DNA of 59,184 nucleotides from Methanomicrobiales archaeon (GTDB taxonomy: Archaea > Halobacteriota > Methanomicrobia > Methanomicrobiales > Methanospirillaceae). Each line of letters starts with the position of its first letter. Positions within the stretch are counted from its first letter, which is position 1. The notes under the pieces were generated by a model. It saw only the letters and a program-made list of their open reading frames with translations, was not told where the DNA came from and did no database searches. This document shows positions 41,972 through 52,255 of the stretch, piece by piece. Location: NCBI GenBank assembly GCA_037137755.1, contig JBAXJR010000013.1:1-59184 (forward strand), read 5' to 3'. The translations under genes and the position numbers were made by a program.

Positions 41972-42841
41972 TTATTTAATCAGGTCCCTCAGGTACTGCT
42001 TCAGCCTTGGAAGATTCTGTTCATAGTGGACCTGCAATGAAGATACCGTATACGGGATGTAGTTCCAGGCGATGACCCCGGCGGTCATCCCCTTGTGAAG
42101 GGGGCTAACCGTTGACCCGATAACAATGCTCTCTTTTTTAATGATACCGTTGAGGAACCCGTTCACGGTACCTGCCCTGACGCATGTAACGACGCTCCCT
42201 ACAGAGGGGAGCACATGTGCGTCTGAACCACCGGTAATAGGGAAATTATGCTCTCCGGCATACCTGGCCGCCTTTTCATTGATGTCCCGGGTCATCCCCC
42301 CGCATATCACCTCGATTCCGTCAAGGTGGTCGATAGTCCCGGCGGGGAGGCTCTTATTATCGATACATTTCAGTACACCACGGTTGATGCCAAAATACCC
42401 ATAGGGGTGGGCTGCGACTTTCACACACGTGTAGTCCTCTGCTGATTCGAGGATCTTCCCAACCGATAACTGGAGTGCCATATACTGGCTTTTTCGAAGC
42501 GTTCCCCTGATATGAGTGTTAAAATAGTCCACCAGATCGTCGACGGTATAAAAATAAAGGAGGATATGAGGCCCTTCGAGTGCACTCAGTTCGATTCCCG
42601 GGATGACAAGGACACCATGCGGTTGCTGGCAGGCCTCGACCACTCCCTGGATCTCGTTATGGTCGGTGATGGCAACCCCGGTACCAAGGTGTTTCGCACG
42701 GGTAAGGAGCGAAGGGATGCTGATAGCGGCGTCAGAGTGGCGCGTATGGATGTGCATATCCACCGGTACATACCCCTTCTCCCTGATTTCGGCCAGGATC
42801 GGGGTTGAAAAATGGATAGTATGGTGGGAATACGGACTCAT
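41972..42841 (-). CDS. PHP domain phosphoesterase
   Basis: DMHIHT..SD, AITDHN, PGIE, HIL, AHPY, GGSDAH. Confidence 0.9.
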   Translation of the reverse strand: MSPYSHHTIHFSTPILAEIREKGYVPVDMHIHTRHSDAAISIPSLLTRAKHLGTGVAITDHNEIQGVVEACQQPHGVLVIPGIELSALEGPHILLYFYTVDDLVDYFNTHIRGTLRKSQYMALQLSVGKILESAEDYTCVKVAAHPYGYFGINRGVLKCIDNKSLPAGTIDHLDGIEVICGGMTRDINEKAARYAGEHNFPITGGSDAHVLPSVGSVVTCVRAGTVNGFLNGIIKKESIVIGSTVSPLHKGMTAGVIAWNYIPYTVSSLQVHYEQNLPRLKQYLRDLIK

Positions 42842-43133
42842 GCTGAATACCAGGGGTATAGAATCAGTATTTGTCCGCGAAGATGAAAATAGCTGGTGTC
42901 TGGCAAATTATCCGTGGATTTATGGACTCTGAAAAATCAGGGTGCCTTATAGCGTATGCTTTGCAAAACTCATTAGGAAACAGGGACTATGACTAGAAAA
43001 TTTGTGTGAATAACTTACTCCCGCCCTCTATTTTGGATCTATATCGTCCTGCATCTGAATTTTCCCGGGTTTATCGGAATACTCATAAGAATAAAAACAA
43101 CGCAGGAAAATACAACGGCACTCAAAAAAATCG

Positions 43134-43976
43134 TTGACATCATTATGCGATCAGTATATCCAGACCGAATTATCCTCTTTGGGTCACGATCAAGGGGGCC
43201 GCGTGCCGCTCCGGATTCTTGTCGCAGAAGATAACCAGGTGAACCAGAAACTCGCGCAAAAGATCCTGCAAAAAATGGGATACCGGGCAGATATCGCCGG
43301 TAACGGGCTGGAAGTCGCAGAGTCCGTGGACCGCCCGCAATATGATGTGGTGCTCATGGACCTCCACATACCGGAGATGGACGGCATCGAGGCGACCCGC
43401 CGGATTCTTCAGAAATACCCGAAGGAGTACCGGCCGAGTATCATCGCCGTCACTGTTGATGCCATGCAGGGGGACCGCGAACTTTGTATATCGGCAGGAA
43501 TGGACGACTATATCAGTAAACCTATCCAGATTGCAGAGTTACAGGAGGCACAGGAGAGGTCAGCGAAACCAGTTGTCCGGGAAACCCCCGATACGCAGGG
43601 AGCGGTTGCCGTTGACCGGAATGTCCTTGATGAGCTAAAAGCACTTGCAGATGAAGGAGACCCCGGTTTCCTCAGTGGGTTAATCGATACCTATCTTTAA
43701 AGCAGTGAACAACTTATCACCCGGATACGGGATGCGGTTGCGCATGGAAACCCTGATGAACTGCGAAGGGCGGCACATACCTTCAAGGGCAGCAGCAGGA
43801 GTATAGGGGCACTAACCATCGGGGAGATCTGTTTCGAACTTGAGACCCTGGGGCGGCATGGTACGGTTGCGGGAGCTGAAGAGCTCCTTGATCAGCTCGG
43901 GAAAGAATTTGCCCGTGTGGCTGAGATCCTGATCGAATGGGAACAAAAACAGTTGCAAGCAGGTGCGGACGTGTGA
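43134..43976 (+). pseudogene. REC-Hpt fragment of a bacterial-type hybrid kinase, with internal stop
   Basis: REC 'LRILVAEDNQVNQK...LMD..IPEMDG...GMDDYISKP'. After TAA 43698-43700 the same frame continues into an Hpt domain 'LRRAAHTFKGSSRSIGA...CFELE' to TGA 43976. Confidence 0.8.
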
Positions 43977-44338
43977 CCACTCCTTTATTCGAAGATCACG
44001 CGGCAAAAGGCTTTTTTTATAGCCTTCAATGCCCGTATGATTTTAGCCCGTTTCAAAGGACTCCCTTTTCATTACAGGGACCGCGATCATAAAAAAAATA
44101 ATAGGCAGGTCAAGGGTGCACGGTTCGGGATAGGTATGCCGAAGTGGAGGTACCATTCACCGGTAACCTGGATAAAACCAGGGCCGTGACAATGTCGCGG
44201 TTTACCAGATACTCCCAGCCGGTCATCTCGTTCTTTCCCTTGTTTTATCATGAGTACATTTAGTTTGGGGTTAATAACCCGAACAGTTTCCCAATCGTCA
44301 TGTCCGGGTAAGGGTTGGGTCTTTTCGTACAAAAAATG

Positions 44339-45499
44339 CTAGTAAACGGGAGTGATTGCCTGCCCTGCCTTTTGCCGGAACCCTCCTTCGGGAATAAAGA
44401 TCTCAAACCTGGCTCCCTGCCCGTCAACACCCGTTTCACTGATTGTCATCCCGGTAATCGAGAGGATCTCCCGAACGAGGAAAAGGCCGAGGCCCGTGTG
44501 TTTCCCGACTCCCCGCTGGAATATCCGCTCCTTGTCCTTTTCAGGCACACCGGTGCCATCGTCCTCGCAGGAGAGAATGAGTCCCCCTGGTACCGGTTTC
44601 GCCGAAAACTCAATTTTTGTCAGGGTTTCCCCATACCTGAGTGCGTTATCCACCAGGTTATAGAACACCTTTTCAAGGAGCGGGTCTGCAAACAGCTCCA
44701 GGTATCCGAGCTGTTCCCCGATACTAACAGCCCCGAGGTTGAACTGTGCCCGCAATTCCCCGATGATCGGGCCGAGCAACTGCCATGTCGGGCTTTCGAC
44801 ACCAAGGGACTGGTATTCCTTTGTAAACTCGATCTGGTGCTGTATCGAGGTTGCAGCGACTTCCGCGTGTTCAAGAAACGAACGAAGGTGAGGATCCTGC
44901 AATTCGTCCCTGATCAGGTCGAGATACCCCAGCAGCACAGTGAGCTGGTTCAGGATGTCATGGCGGGTAATACTGGCGAGCAGGTTGAGTTTCCGGTTCA
45001 CCTGGCTAAGGGCACGTTCAGCACGCTCTCTCTCCTGGACCTCGCTCGAAAGATGCTCGTTAGCCTCCGAAAGGTCCCGTTCACGGGCAGCCGTTTCAAC
45101 CCGGGCCGTCTGCAAGTTCTCTACCATGGAATTAAAAGAGTCGGAGAAATCGCCCATAAAATCTACACGCTGCGAAAGGTCGCCTTCTGAAATCATTTTC
45201 GCCTGCCATGTAAGGTGCAGCAGGTTAGCCTGGATGGCCTTTACGTATCCTGCCATGAACCCCTTGACCTTCAAATCTCCAGAAATGCTCCCTGATGCAA
45301 GGGTACGTGAAAATTGCTGTAATGCAGTGAGGTCTGCAATGATCTGGCGGAAGACCTCTTTATCACCTGGATCAAGTTCCGGCACCGGGCTGACAGGAGA
45401 ACCCTGCGTCATTACCTCGCTGATACTGACAAGGACTGCGTGGACTGTTTCATCAGTTCCCGCTGTCGTTAAACGCCGGCCCTGCCCCATTTCACTCAT
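44339..45499 (-). CDS. Soluble HAMP-domain histidine kinase
   Basis: HAMP 'LTWQAKMISEGDLSQRVDFMGDFSDSFNSMVENL', ITRHDILN, NLVDNA, EDDGTG, TGLGL. No TM. Confidence 0.9.
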   Translation of the reverse strand: MSEMGQGRRLTTAGTDETVHAVLVSISEVMTQGSPVSPVPELDPGDKEVFRQIIADLTALQQFSRTLASGSISGDLKVKGFMAGYVKAIQANLLHLTWQAKMISEGDLSQRVDFMGDFSDSFNSMVENLQTARVETAARERDLSEANEHLSSEVQERERAERALSQVNRKLNLLASITRHDILNQLTVLLGYLDLIRDELQDPHLRSFLEHAEVAATSIQHQIEFTKEYQSLGVESPTWQLLGPIIGELRAQFNLGAVSIGEQLGYLELFADPLLEKVFYNLVDNALRYGETLTKIEFSAKPVPGGLILSCEDDGTGVPEKDKERIFQRGVGKHTGLGLFLVREILSITGMTISETGVDGQGARFEIFIPEGGFRQKAGQAITPVY

Positions 45500-45519
45500 C
45501 CGTGTCGATCTCCCCGTGA

Positions 45520-46044
45520 TTACAATATTCTCATGATATCGATGGTAAACCTGCAGGTCCGGTCACCCGTGCACCAGCAGTCGACCTCTTTTACGACGAA
45601 TTTCTTACCCGTATAGGCTTCCATGACCCCGGCAATGAAACCTTCATCGTACGTGCATACTGAATAATTGAGGACCGGCATGCCGGAGCAGTCCACGTCT
45701 TCTGATACGGTAAAAATAAAGGAGCCGTTTTCAATATCGGTTTTTTCTACCCTGAGCACCCCGATATCCATCTCGCGGAGTGATACCTGGAGTTTTTTTA
45801 CGAAATCGTTAAATTCAAGTCCGTCTCCGATTACGTGCCGGTAAAATTCGGTCCCCGCAATCATTCCTGCCCGGTAAAAGATCTCATCGGCCTTTTCTGT
45901 ACCGAGGTCCTGTTCCAGCACGTCCCGGAACGTATACTGCATCAGGCGGTACACTTCAAGCCGTAATTTCTTACCGAGGTTTGGCCTCCCTTCATCGAGA
46001 TTGCCGAGAAGGTCCCAGGAAAATACATATCTCCTTTCACTCAT
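45520..46044 (-). CDS. V4R (4-vinyl reductase-like) domain protein
   Basis: 'EDVDCSG.P...VCTYDEGFIAG...EVDCWCTGDRTCRF'. Confidence 0.9.
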   Translation of the reverse strand: MSERRYVFSWDLLGNLDEGRPNLGKKLRLEVYRLMQYTFRDVLEQDLGTEKADEIFYRAGMIAGTEFYRHVIGDGLEFNDFVKKLQVSLREMDIGVLRVEKTDIENGSFIFTVSEDVDCSGMPVLNYSVCTYDEGFIAGVMEAYTGKKFVVKEVDCWCTGDRTCRFTIDIMRIL

Positions 46045-46262
46045 GCGGTTTTTCCCTCATCCATTTTCGCAAATCTGTGGCACCTTGCTCGCTGATCACT
46101 AAATTAAACGGTGTATTTTTAACTATATACACTTATTGGAGCCATCAGGGCTGGTCTCTCTCAAAAATAAGGCGGTATCCCCTGCGAAATTCGAAGGGTT
46201 ACTCCGCTGTTATGACCCCGGACCGGTGACTGGGTATTCATCACCTTACCCATACGCAGGAA

Positions 46263-46835
46263 TCAGGGCATGGTCTTCTTCTGTGTGATCATGGTAATTG
46301 AAACACGCGCAGCATCCTTAACTTTTAAGTCCGGGTCGTTTGCGAGGCCCGTAAGGGCAGGTAGAGCTCGTTCGTCCCCGATCAGTCCCAGAGCCCTTGC
46401 AGAAATCTCACGCACATCATGTTTTTTATCAGCAAGGAGCCGGATAATTGCTCCAACTGCAGAAGATGCATGCAATTTACCAAGTGCTTCTGCCGCATTT
46501 TTCCTGAGCCATTTCTCATCAGAACCGAGCACGGCAATGAGTGGTCCGACTGCCCGGGGATCGCCAATTTTCCCGAGCGACTCCGCGGCAAGCCAGCTGA
46601 TCGTCGGGTCGCCAAGTGCCTCGATGAGTGCCGGGACTGCATCCGGTGAGCCGATCTCTCCAAGATAATCTGATGCTTTTTCGCGGTCAAGCTGGTAAGG
46701 GCTCTTTAACAGGTAGATGAGCATCGTAACATCCTGGTGGTGTTTCGATCTCATCTCCTCCTCGATCCGTTCCATCTGGTACGGAGCTTCCGCATGCCCC
46801 GCATGTACATCCTGCTTGTCCGGTGTCTCTGTCAT
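46263..46835 (-). CDS. HEAT/PBS-lyase repeat protein
   Basis: Repeats of 'AAE.LGKIGDPRAV.PLI..L'. Confidence 0.88.
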   Translation of the reverse strand: MTETPDKQDVHAGHAEAPYQMERIEEEMRSKHHQDVTMLIYLLKSPYQLDREKASDYLGEIGSPDAVPALIEALGDPTISWLAAESLGKIGDPRAVGPLIAVLGSDEKWLRKNAAEALGKLHASSAVGAIIRLLADKKHDVREISARALGLIGDERALPALTGLANDPDLKVKDAARVSITMITQKKTMP

Positions 46836-47481
46836 TTCGAATCCTCTACGGGTGTAGCTATTTCCCCGGGTTCCCGTATATGTGAATCCCTGCAGGGGAA
46901 TATCAATTATTGCATCGGTGCATCCTGGTCCCACTGGTCACAGGCATCATGATGTTTGGGTCCGCGTATGACCTTTCCACGACTACGGGTGACTGGTTCC
47001 AGTAGCAATGACGCGCATGAGAACTGTTCCTGCCAGTGGAGTGTGGGTGTAGGAAATATTAATAATAATAGGCCTGATAGGAAAATAAGCAGGAATTAAT
47101 GGCTATTTTCTATCCCCATTTACCAGTTGTGGTCGGTAAAAAATCCCTAAAAACCGGCATGCAGCACCTTTCATCTATCACTGGAAATAGAAATTCAGGA
47201 AGGTTTTTTCGTTGTTCACCAGTTGATTTTTCGAAATAACGCTGAACAGAGGATTTCAGTACCTTTTTATACCCCTTTATTTCCACTGGAGCGCACGATT
47301 TTCCGGGGTTCTTTCGTAGAAGAGTTAGATCTTTCCTGGTATGTGGACATTTCACCCTTCATGCAGATGACAATGGAACAACATGAAAATATACCCGAAA
47401 TTTCGTCATATTAAGAAGGTCCGTGAAATTTTCCCTCATTTCATTTATCCCTGTTCCGGATAAAATACCTGAGTGGTAATC

Positions 47482-47970
47482 ATGAGGATATTATGCGTAT
47501 ATTATTCCTGGAAGGGCCATACGGCAAAGGTCGCTGAGCGGCTTGCAGATCTGCTCCATGTAGAGCCGGTACGGATTGAACCGGCCGTCGAATCAGGGAT
47601 GTTCGGAAAGGCAATGAAAGCCCTGCTTGGCATGAGTTCTGCAATTAAACCGGTGAAAGAGGACCTGTCTGATATCGATGTACTCGTAATTGCGTCTCCG
47701 GTATGGGCAGGTAAGGTTCCCCCGTATGTTAATGAATATATCAGCCGGATGTCGATGTGCGAGGGGAAACGATGCTATGTCCTCGTCGAGATGGGGGCAT
47801 CCGGGGCAGAGAAGGCCATTGCACACCTGAAAGGGCGCCTTGAAAATAAAGGGATGAAGTTCGCGGGATCGACTGTCACCATAGAAAAGGACGTGGATGC
47901 GGATTTGGTGTACGACCACCTGATCTCGTTTGTGGAAACCATTCATGGGAAGAATATAGTACTGGTGTAA
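47482..47970 (+). CDS. Flavodoxin-like protein
   Basis: 'YYSWKGHT.KVAE', 'DVLVIASPVWAG..PP'. Confidence 0.85.
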   Translation: MRILCVYYSWKGHTAKVAERLADLLHVEPVRIEPAVESGMFGKAMKALLGMSSAIKPVKEDLSDIDVLVIASPVWAGKVPPYVNEYISRMSMCEGKRCYVLVEMGASGAEKAIAHLKGRLENKGMKFAGSTVTIEKDVDADLVYDHLISFVETIHGKNIVLV

Positions 47971-48005
47971 CCCGGTTACGACGCTTCAATTTTTTTACCC
48001 GTATA

Positions 48006-48124
48006 CCCCGAAGCTTGCTGTGGGGAGAAGGAAGACGATCTAGGATTGCTGTGAACCAAGGCGTAGGCATCCAACAAAACAACAAGCCGGCGGTGCGAAT
48101 CATGCCCCGTTGCTTGCAGTGGGG
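48006..48124. repeat. Pair of 20-nt imperfect palindromes (REP/IS200-IS605-end-like)
   Basis: ccccgaagcttgctgtgggg (48006-48025) and ccccgttgcttgcagtgggg (48105-48124), 79 nt apart. Confidence 0.6.
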
Positions 48125-48146
48125 TGCACTGATGCATTTTGACTTA

Positions 48147-48338
48147 GGTTTTGTTGAAACCCTGCGTGTTTAAAAAAGAAGAGAAAATACGCAGGAAGGA
48201 GGGGCGTTCACCACCTTTTGTTGTTCCTGTTCCGCAATTTTTTTGAAATCACTCATAATGTCAAATGAGAGAATTTTAGGAATTGGATAATTAATTGATG
48301 TTCCAGGAATTATTTTCGCGGGGTTATCAAACGAAAGC
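48147..48338. mobile_element. Degenerate MITE-like element (copy 3)
   Basis: Left end ggttttgttgaaaccctgc; 'aagaagag.aaatacg...ggag.gg..ttcacc' is shared with 37499 onward. Degenerate right end gggttatcaaacgaaagc. Confidence 0.5.
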
Positions 48339-48459
48339 GCGCAATTTATCAGAATAGCAGGCTATAAGACTAAGAAAGACCGGACTCATCAGAACCTTAT
48401 TGATTCATGATGTCCTCGTAATGTTATCTGTCATTTTCGAGCCTGACAAGGGGGTAAAT

Positions 48460-49692
48460 TTGAACGAAACCGGAACAAAAAATCATTTTTCAGAAGATGA
48501 TGAGATAAATCAACCCTCTGCCAGTAGTTCATCGATATGCCGGCCGGAAATAAAAAAACAGGGAAACCCTGAAATATCTGTCGTAATTCCTGCATTGAAT
48601 GAGGAAGTCACGATTAGATCATGTATTTTGGAAGTCCGGAACTTTTTTACGGTGAATCATATATTCGGAGAAATAATTGTTGCTGACTCTTCAACTGATA
48701 AGACCGCAGATATTGCACATTCAATGAATGTAACGGTGGTCCACCCGTTAAAAATCGGATATGGTTCTGCATATCTTGAAGGTTTCCGGCACGTTAACAG
48801 CGATGTAATTGTCATGATGGATGCGGATGGCACCTATGACCCATCAGAGATACTTCGTTTGACAGAACCCCTGAAAACAGGTGCAGATCTTGTTATTGGT
48901 TCCCGATTTAAAGGCACTATCAAGCCCGGGGCGATGACACCGCTCCACCGTTATATTGGTAACCCGTTACTCACGTGGGTCCTGAATTTCGTATTCCATA
49001 CTCATTTCTCTGATGCGCACAGTGGATTCCGTGCAATCCGTCGCGAAGCGCTGGAAAGACTCAATTTAAAAACCGGGGGTATGGAATTTGCCTCAGAAAT
49101 GCTCGTAATGGCCTCAATTAAGGGCCTTACCATTGAAGAGGTCCCGATACGGTATTTCCCGAGGAAGTCACCTTCCAATCTTCATAGTTTTGCCGATGGC
49201 TGGAGACACCTCCGCTTTATCCTGCTCATGAAACCGGTGCCATTCCTCGCGATACCAGGCCTGATTTTTTCATTATTGGGAGTCTTATTGATGACCCTGT
49301 TCTATATGAGCGGTAATATTGAGACTGCCCATCTTCATTCGTTTATTCTCGGATCTATTTTACTTATCGGGGGTGTCCAGGTCATCATCATGGGAATTAA
49401 TACAGAAGTCTATTCAATAATCAATGGGTACCAGGAAAAAACAAGACTGATGGCCGTTTTTCTAAACTATCACAGCCTGGAAAAATTCCTCATCCTTGGC
49501 GGGGCCTTCATCGTTGCCGGAATACTACTTGGTGTCACTATCATTATGGACTGGATTCGTGAAAGTTTTGGGGAAATTTCCCAGATTTCAACGAGCGTGG
49601 TTTCCCTGTCCCTGATAATTATCGGGATACAGGTGATATCCTGTTCGGTCTTCATTAGTATGATGCTCCTCAATAATGGGGACCATGCATAG
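48460..49692 (+). CDS. Glycosyltransferase family 2 (DPM1-like) with C-terminal TM helices
   Basis: ISVVIPALNEE, GYG.AY, MDADGTY, DLVIGSRF, DAHSGFRA, EFASEM. Start uncertain (48400/48421/48460). Confidence 0.9.
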   Translation: MNETGTKNHFSEDDEINQPSASSSSICRPEIKKQGNPEISVVIPALNEEVTIRSCILEVRNFFTVNHIFGEIIVADSSTDKTADIAHSMNVTVVHPLKIGYGSAYLEGFRHVNSDVIVMMDADGTYDPSEILRLTEPLKTGADLVIGSRFKGTIKPGAMTPLHRYIGNPLLTWVLNFVFHTHFSDAHSGFRAIRREALERLNLKTGGMEFASEMLVMASIKGLTIEEVPIRYFPRKSPSNLHSFADGWRHLRFILLMKPVPFLAIPGLIFSLLGVLLMTLFYMSGNIETAHLHSFILGSILLIGGVQVIIMGINTEVYSIINGYQEKTRLMAVFLNYHSLEKFLILGGAFIVAGILLGVTIIMDWIRESFGEISQISTSVVSLSLIIIGIQVISCSVFISMMLLNNGDHA

Positions 49693-49701
49693 GGGTCCCG
49701 G

Positions 49702-50832
49702 ATGAAAATTGCCTTTGTATATGATGCAGTGTATCCTTACCGGATCGGCGGGGTTGAAAAGCGGATTTTTGAGTTGTCAAAGCGTCTTGCCAAAAGGGGT
49801 CACGAAGTTCATATTTTTGGATTAAAAGAGTGGGAGAGTGATGCATCATTTGTCAGAAACGGGGTATTATACCATGGAGTCGGGCATTCGCGGCCATTCT
49901 ATACTCATGGACGACGGTCAGCAGGTGAAGCGCTATATTTTGGATGGAAGGTCCTAAAGCCGCTGCTGGAAGAACATTTTGATATCATCGATTGCCAGAA
50001 TTTCCCCTATTTCAGTTGTCTTTCCGCAGCGTTTGCCGCTAAAATGAGACATAGCCATCTTGTTATTACCTGGCACGAGGTATGGAAAGATTATTGGTAT
50101 GAGTATCTTGGGATTTCTGGATTCACAGGTAAAGCTATCGAAAAACTGACTTCCCGGCTGTCCGATAATCTGATGGCCGTTTCCGATTTGACTAAAAATG
50201 ATGTAATGTCCATGAGGAAAGGTGTGAGTATTTCCGTTATTCCTAATGGGATTGATTACAGTTACATCAATGCGATACAACCCTCCGGGATCAGATCTGA
50301 TATTATTTTCACCGGAAGACTGCTGAAAGAAAAGAATGTGGAACTCCTTATCATGGCTGTTGCAATTATCAGGAAAGAATTACCCGAAGTCAGGTGCCTC
50401 ATCGCCGGGGACGGACCGGCAAGGGACTACCTGCAAAATCTTGTTAATGAATGTAATTTAGTAGGGAATATCACATTTACCGGGTTCATAAAAAATCATG
50501 ACGAACTGATCGCGTTAATGAAGTCTTCAGGGGTTTACGCTTCACCATCAACAAGGGAGGGGTTTGGTATTGCTGCCCTGGAGGCGATGACATGCGGGCT
50601 CCCTGTTGTGACCGTTGATATCCCGAAGAATGCGGTTAAGGAACTAGTGAATAATAAGACTGGAAGGGTAAGCTCCCCGACACCGGAAGCATACTCAGAA
50701 GCAATTCTTGTGTGCCTGAATAATAAGGATTTAATGATGGATGAATGTAAAATACGTTCTGGTTCGTTTGATTGGGACAAAATTGTTTCTGATTTGGAAG
50801 AATACTATTCTCGGACTATCTGGAAAGGTTAA
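49702..50832 (+). CDS. Glycosyltransferase family 4
   Basis: GGVE, GHEVH, IPNGID, GRL..EKN, EGFGIAALEAM..GLPVV. Confidence 0.92.
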   Translation: MKIAFVYDAVYPYRIGGVEKRIFELSKRLAKRGHEVHIFGLKEWESDASFVRNGVLYHGVGHSRPFYTHGRRSAGEALYFGWKVLKPLLEEHFDIIDCQNFPYFSCLSAAFAAKMRHSHLVITWHEVWKDYWYEYLGISGFTGKAIEKLTSRLSDNLMAVSDLTKNDVMSMRKGVSISVIPNGIDYSYINAIQPSGIRSDIIFTGRLLKEKNVELLIMAVAIIRKELPEVRCLIAGDGPARDYLQNLVNECNLVGNITFTGFIKNHDELIALMKSSGVYASPSTREGFGIAALEAMTCGLPVVTVDIPKNAVKELVNNKTGRVSSPTPEAYSEAILVCLNNKDLMMDECKIRSGSFDWDKIVSDLEEYYSRTIWKG

Positions 50833-51000
50833 AACAGGTGAAAATTTATTTTTACTGGGATATAACCAAGCTAACAACAGTGAAACGATAACGCTTTGGG
50901 TATTCAGGCTATTTTAGATATCATTCAGATGAATGGACATAAATATTCTTCTGACTCTCCTTAGATAGAGAAATTGGTACTGCTATCTCAGGAAACAACT

Positions 51001-52074
51001 ATGAAAATAGCGATATTCCACGATTATTTTGGTGCCATTGGCGGCGGCGAAAAAGTAGTTATTGAGATGGCAAAAATCCTTGATGCGGACATTATCACCA
51101 CGGATACCGATTCAATAAAAAAAATAGATCCCACTGTTCGGGTTATCAGCCTGGGTAGGACGATAAAATTCCCGCCACTCAAACAAATTTCCGCAACAGT
51201 TCTGTTTTTTTTTTGCAACTTTTCAAAAAAGTATGACTTTTACATTTTCACAGGCAATTGGAGTCATGCAGCAGCGCACCGACATCATCCGAATATCTGG
51301 TACTGCTACACACCGGTCCGGGCATTTTACGATTTATATCCAACCTTTCTCTCCCGGCAGGGTTTCATCACCCGGCAATTGTTCCGCGTCTGGGTATTTT
51401 TTCATCGGATCTTCGATCAACAATCGGTACGACAGATCGATCGTATTATCGCCATTTCAGAAAATGTGCGTAACAGGATTCTCAAATATCATAATCGACG
51501 ATCAGAAGTAATCTATCCCCCAGTTGATACTTCATTATACCAGTGCATCGAATACGGAAACTTCTGGCTTTCTGTGAACAGGTTATATCCTGAGAAACGG
51601 ATAGAACTTCAAATAGAGGCATTCCGTCATGTACCAGAAGAGCGTCTTGTGATCATTGGGGCATATTCAGAGGGAGACCATGCAGCGGTCTATGCGGAAA
51701 AGATCCGTCATGATCTGCCGTCCAATGTTACACTCCTTGGAGAAGTCACAAGGGATGAAATTGTGGAGTTGTATGGCAGGTGTAAAGCACATATCTGTAC
51801 TGCACTTGACGAGGATTATGGCCTCACACCGCTCGAGGCGATGGCAAGTGGGAAGCCTGTTGTTGCAGTGAATGAAGGTGGGTATAAGGAGACGGTAACG
51901 GATGAAACGGGTATGCTTGTCTCGCCATTGGTAGATTCTCTTGTGAATGCCATAAGGCTTGTTGCACAAAATCCTGGACATTTCAGGGATGCTTGTCTTA
52001 TGAGGGCGAAAGATTTTGATCTGGCGCAATTCAGCGAGAAGATGAAAGCAGCAGTACTGGAAATGGATAAATGA
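51001..52074 (+). CDS. Glycosyltransferase family 4 (mannosyltransferase-like)
   Basis: HDYF..IGGGEKV, IYPPVD, RL.PEKR, EDYGLTPLEAMASGKPVVA. Confidence 0.92.
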   Translation: MKIAIFHDYFGAIGGGEKVVIEMAKILDADIITTDTDSIKKIDPTVRVISLGRTIKFPPLKQISATVLFFFCNFSKKYDFYIFTGNWSHAAAHRHHPNIWYCYTPVRAFYDLYPTFLSRQGFITRQLFRVWVFFHRIFDQQSVRQIDRIIAISENVRNRILKYHNRRSEVIYPPVDTSLYQCIEYGNFWLSVNRLYPEKRIELQIEAFRHVPEERLVIIGAYSEGDHAAVYAEKIRHDLPSNVTLLGEVTRDEIVELYGRCKAHICTALDEDYGLTPLEAMASGKPVVAVNEGGYKETVTDETGMLVSPLVDSLVNAIRLVAQNPGHFRDACLMRAKDFDLAQFSEKMKAAVLEMDK

Positions 52075-52255
52075 ACCATAGGATTGGGATCTATTACCGC
52101 TATTCCGTAACCTGCTTGTTAACCAGTGCAGTGCAAACGGTATATTTTCGTATAAGTGATGCAATTGAATTGTTATTTGTTGTTGCGGGATTTCATGAAT
52201 TAATAAGAAAGATTCAAAATACTTCAACTTCAACGGTCATTACCAAAGTTATCGA

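Noticed and set aside
43698-43700. Stop-codon recoding (Pyl/Sec) in the REC-Hpt gene
   Set aside because: The codon is TAA, not TAG or TGA.
44315-45190. 291-aa plus-strand ORF
   Set aside because: Antisense to the well-supported HAMP kinase.
47101-47330. Possible fourth MITE-like element (ggctattttct...gtagaagagtt)
   Set aside because: The inverted ends are too weak and the shared internal hairpin is absent.
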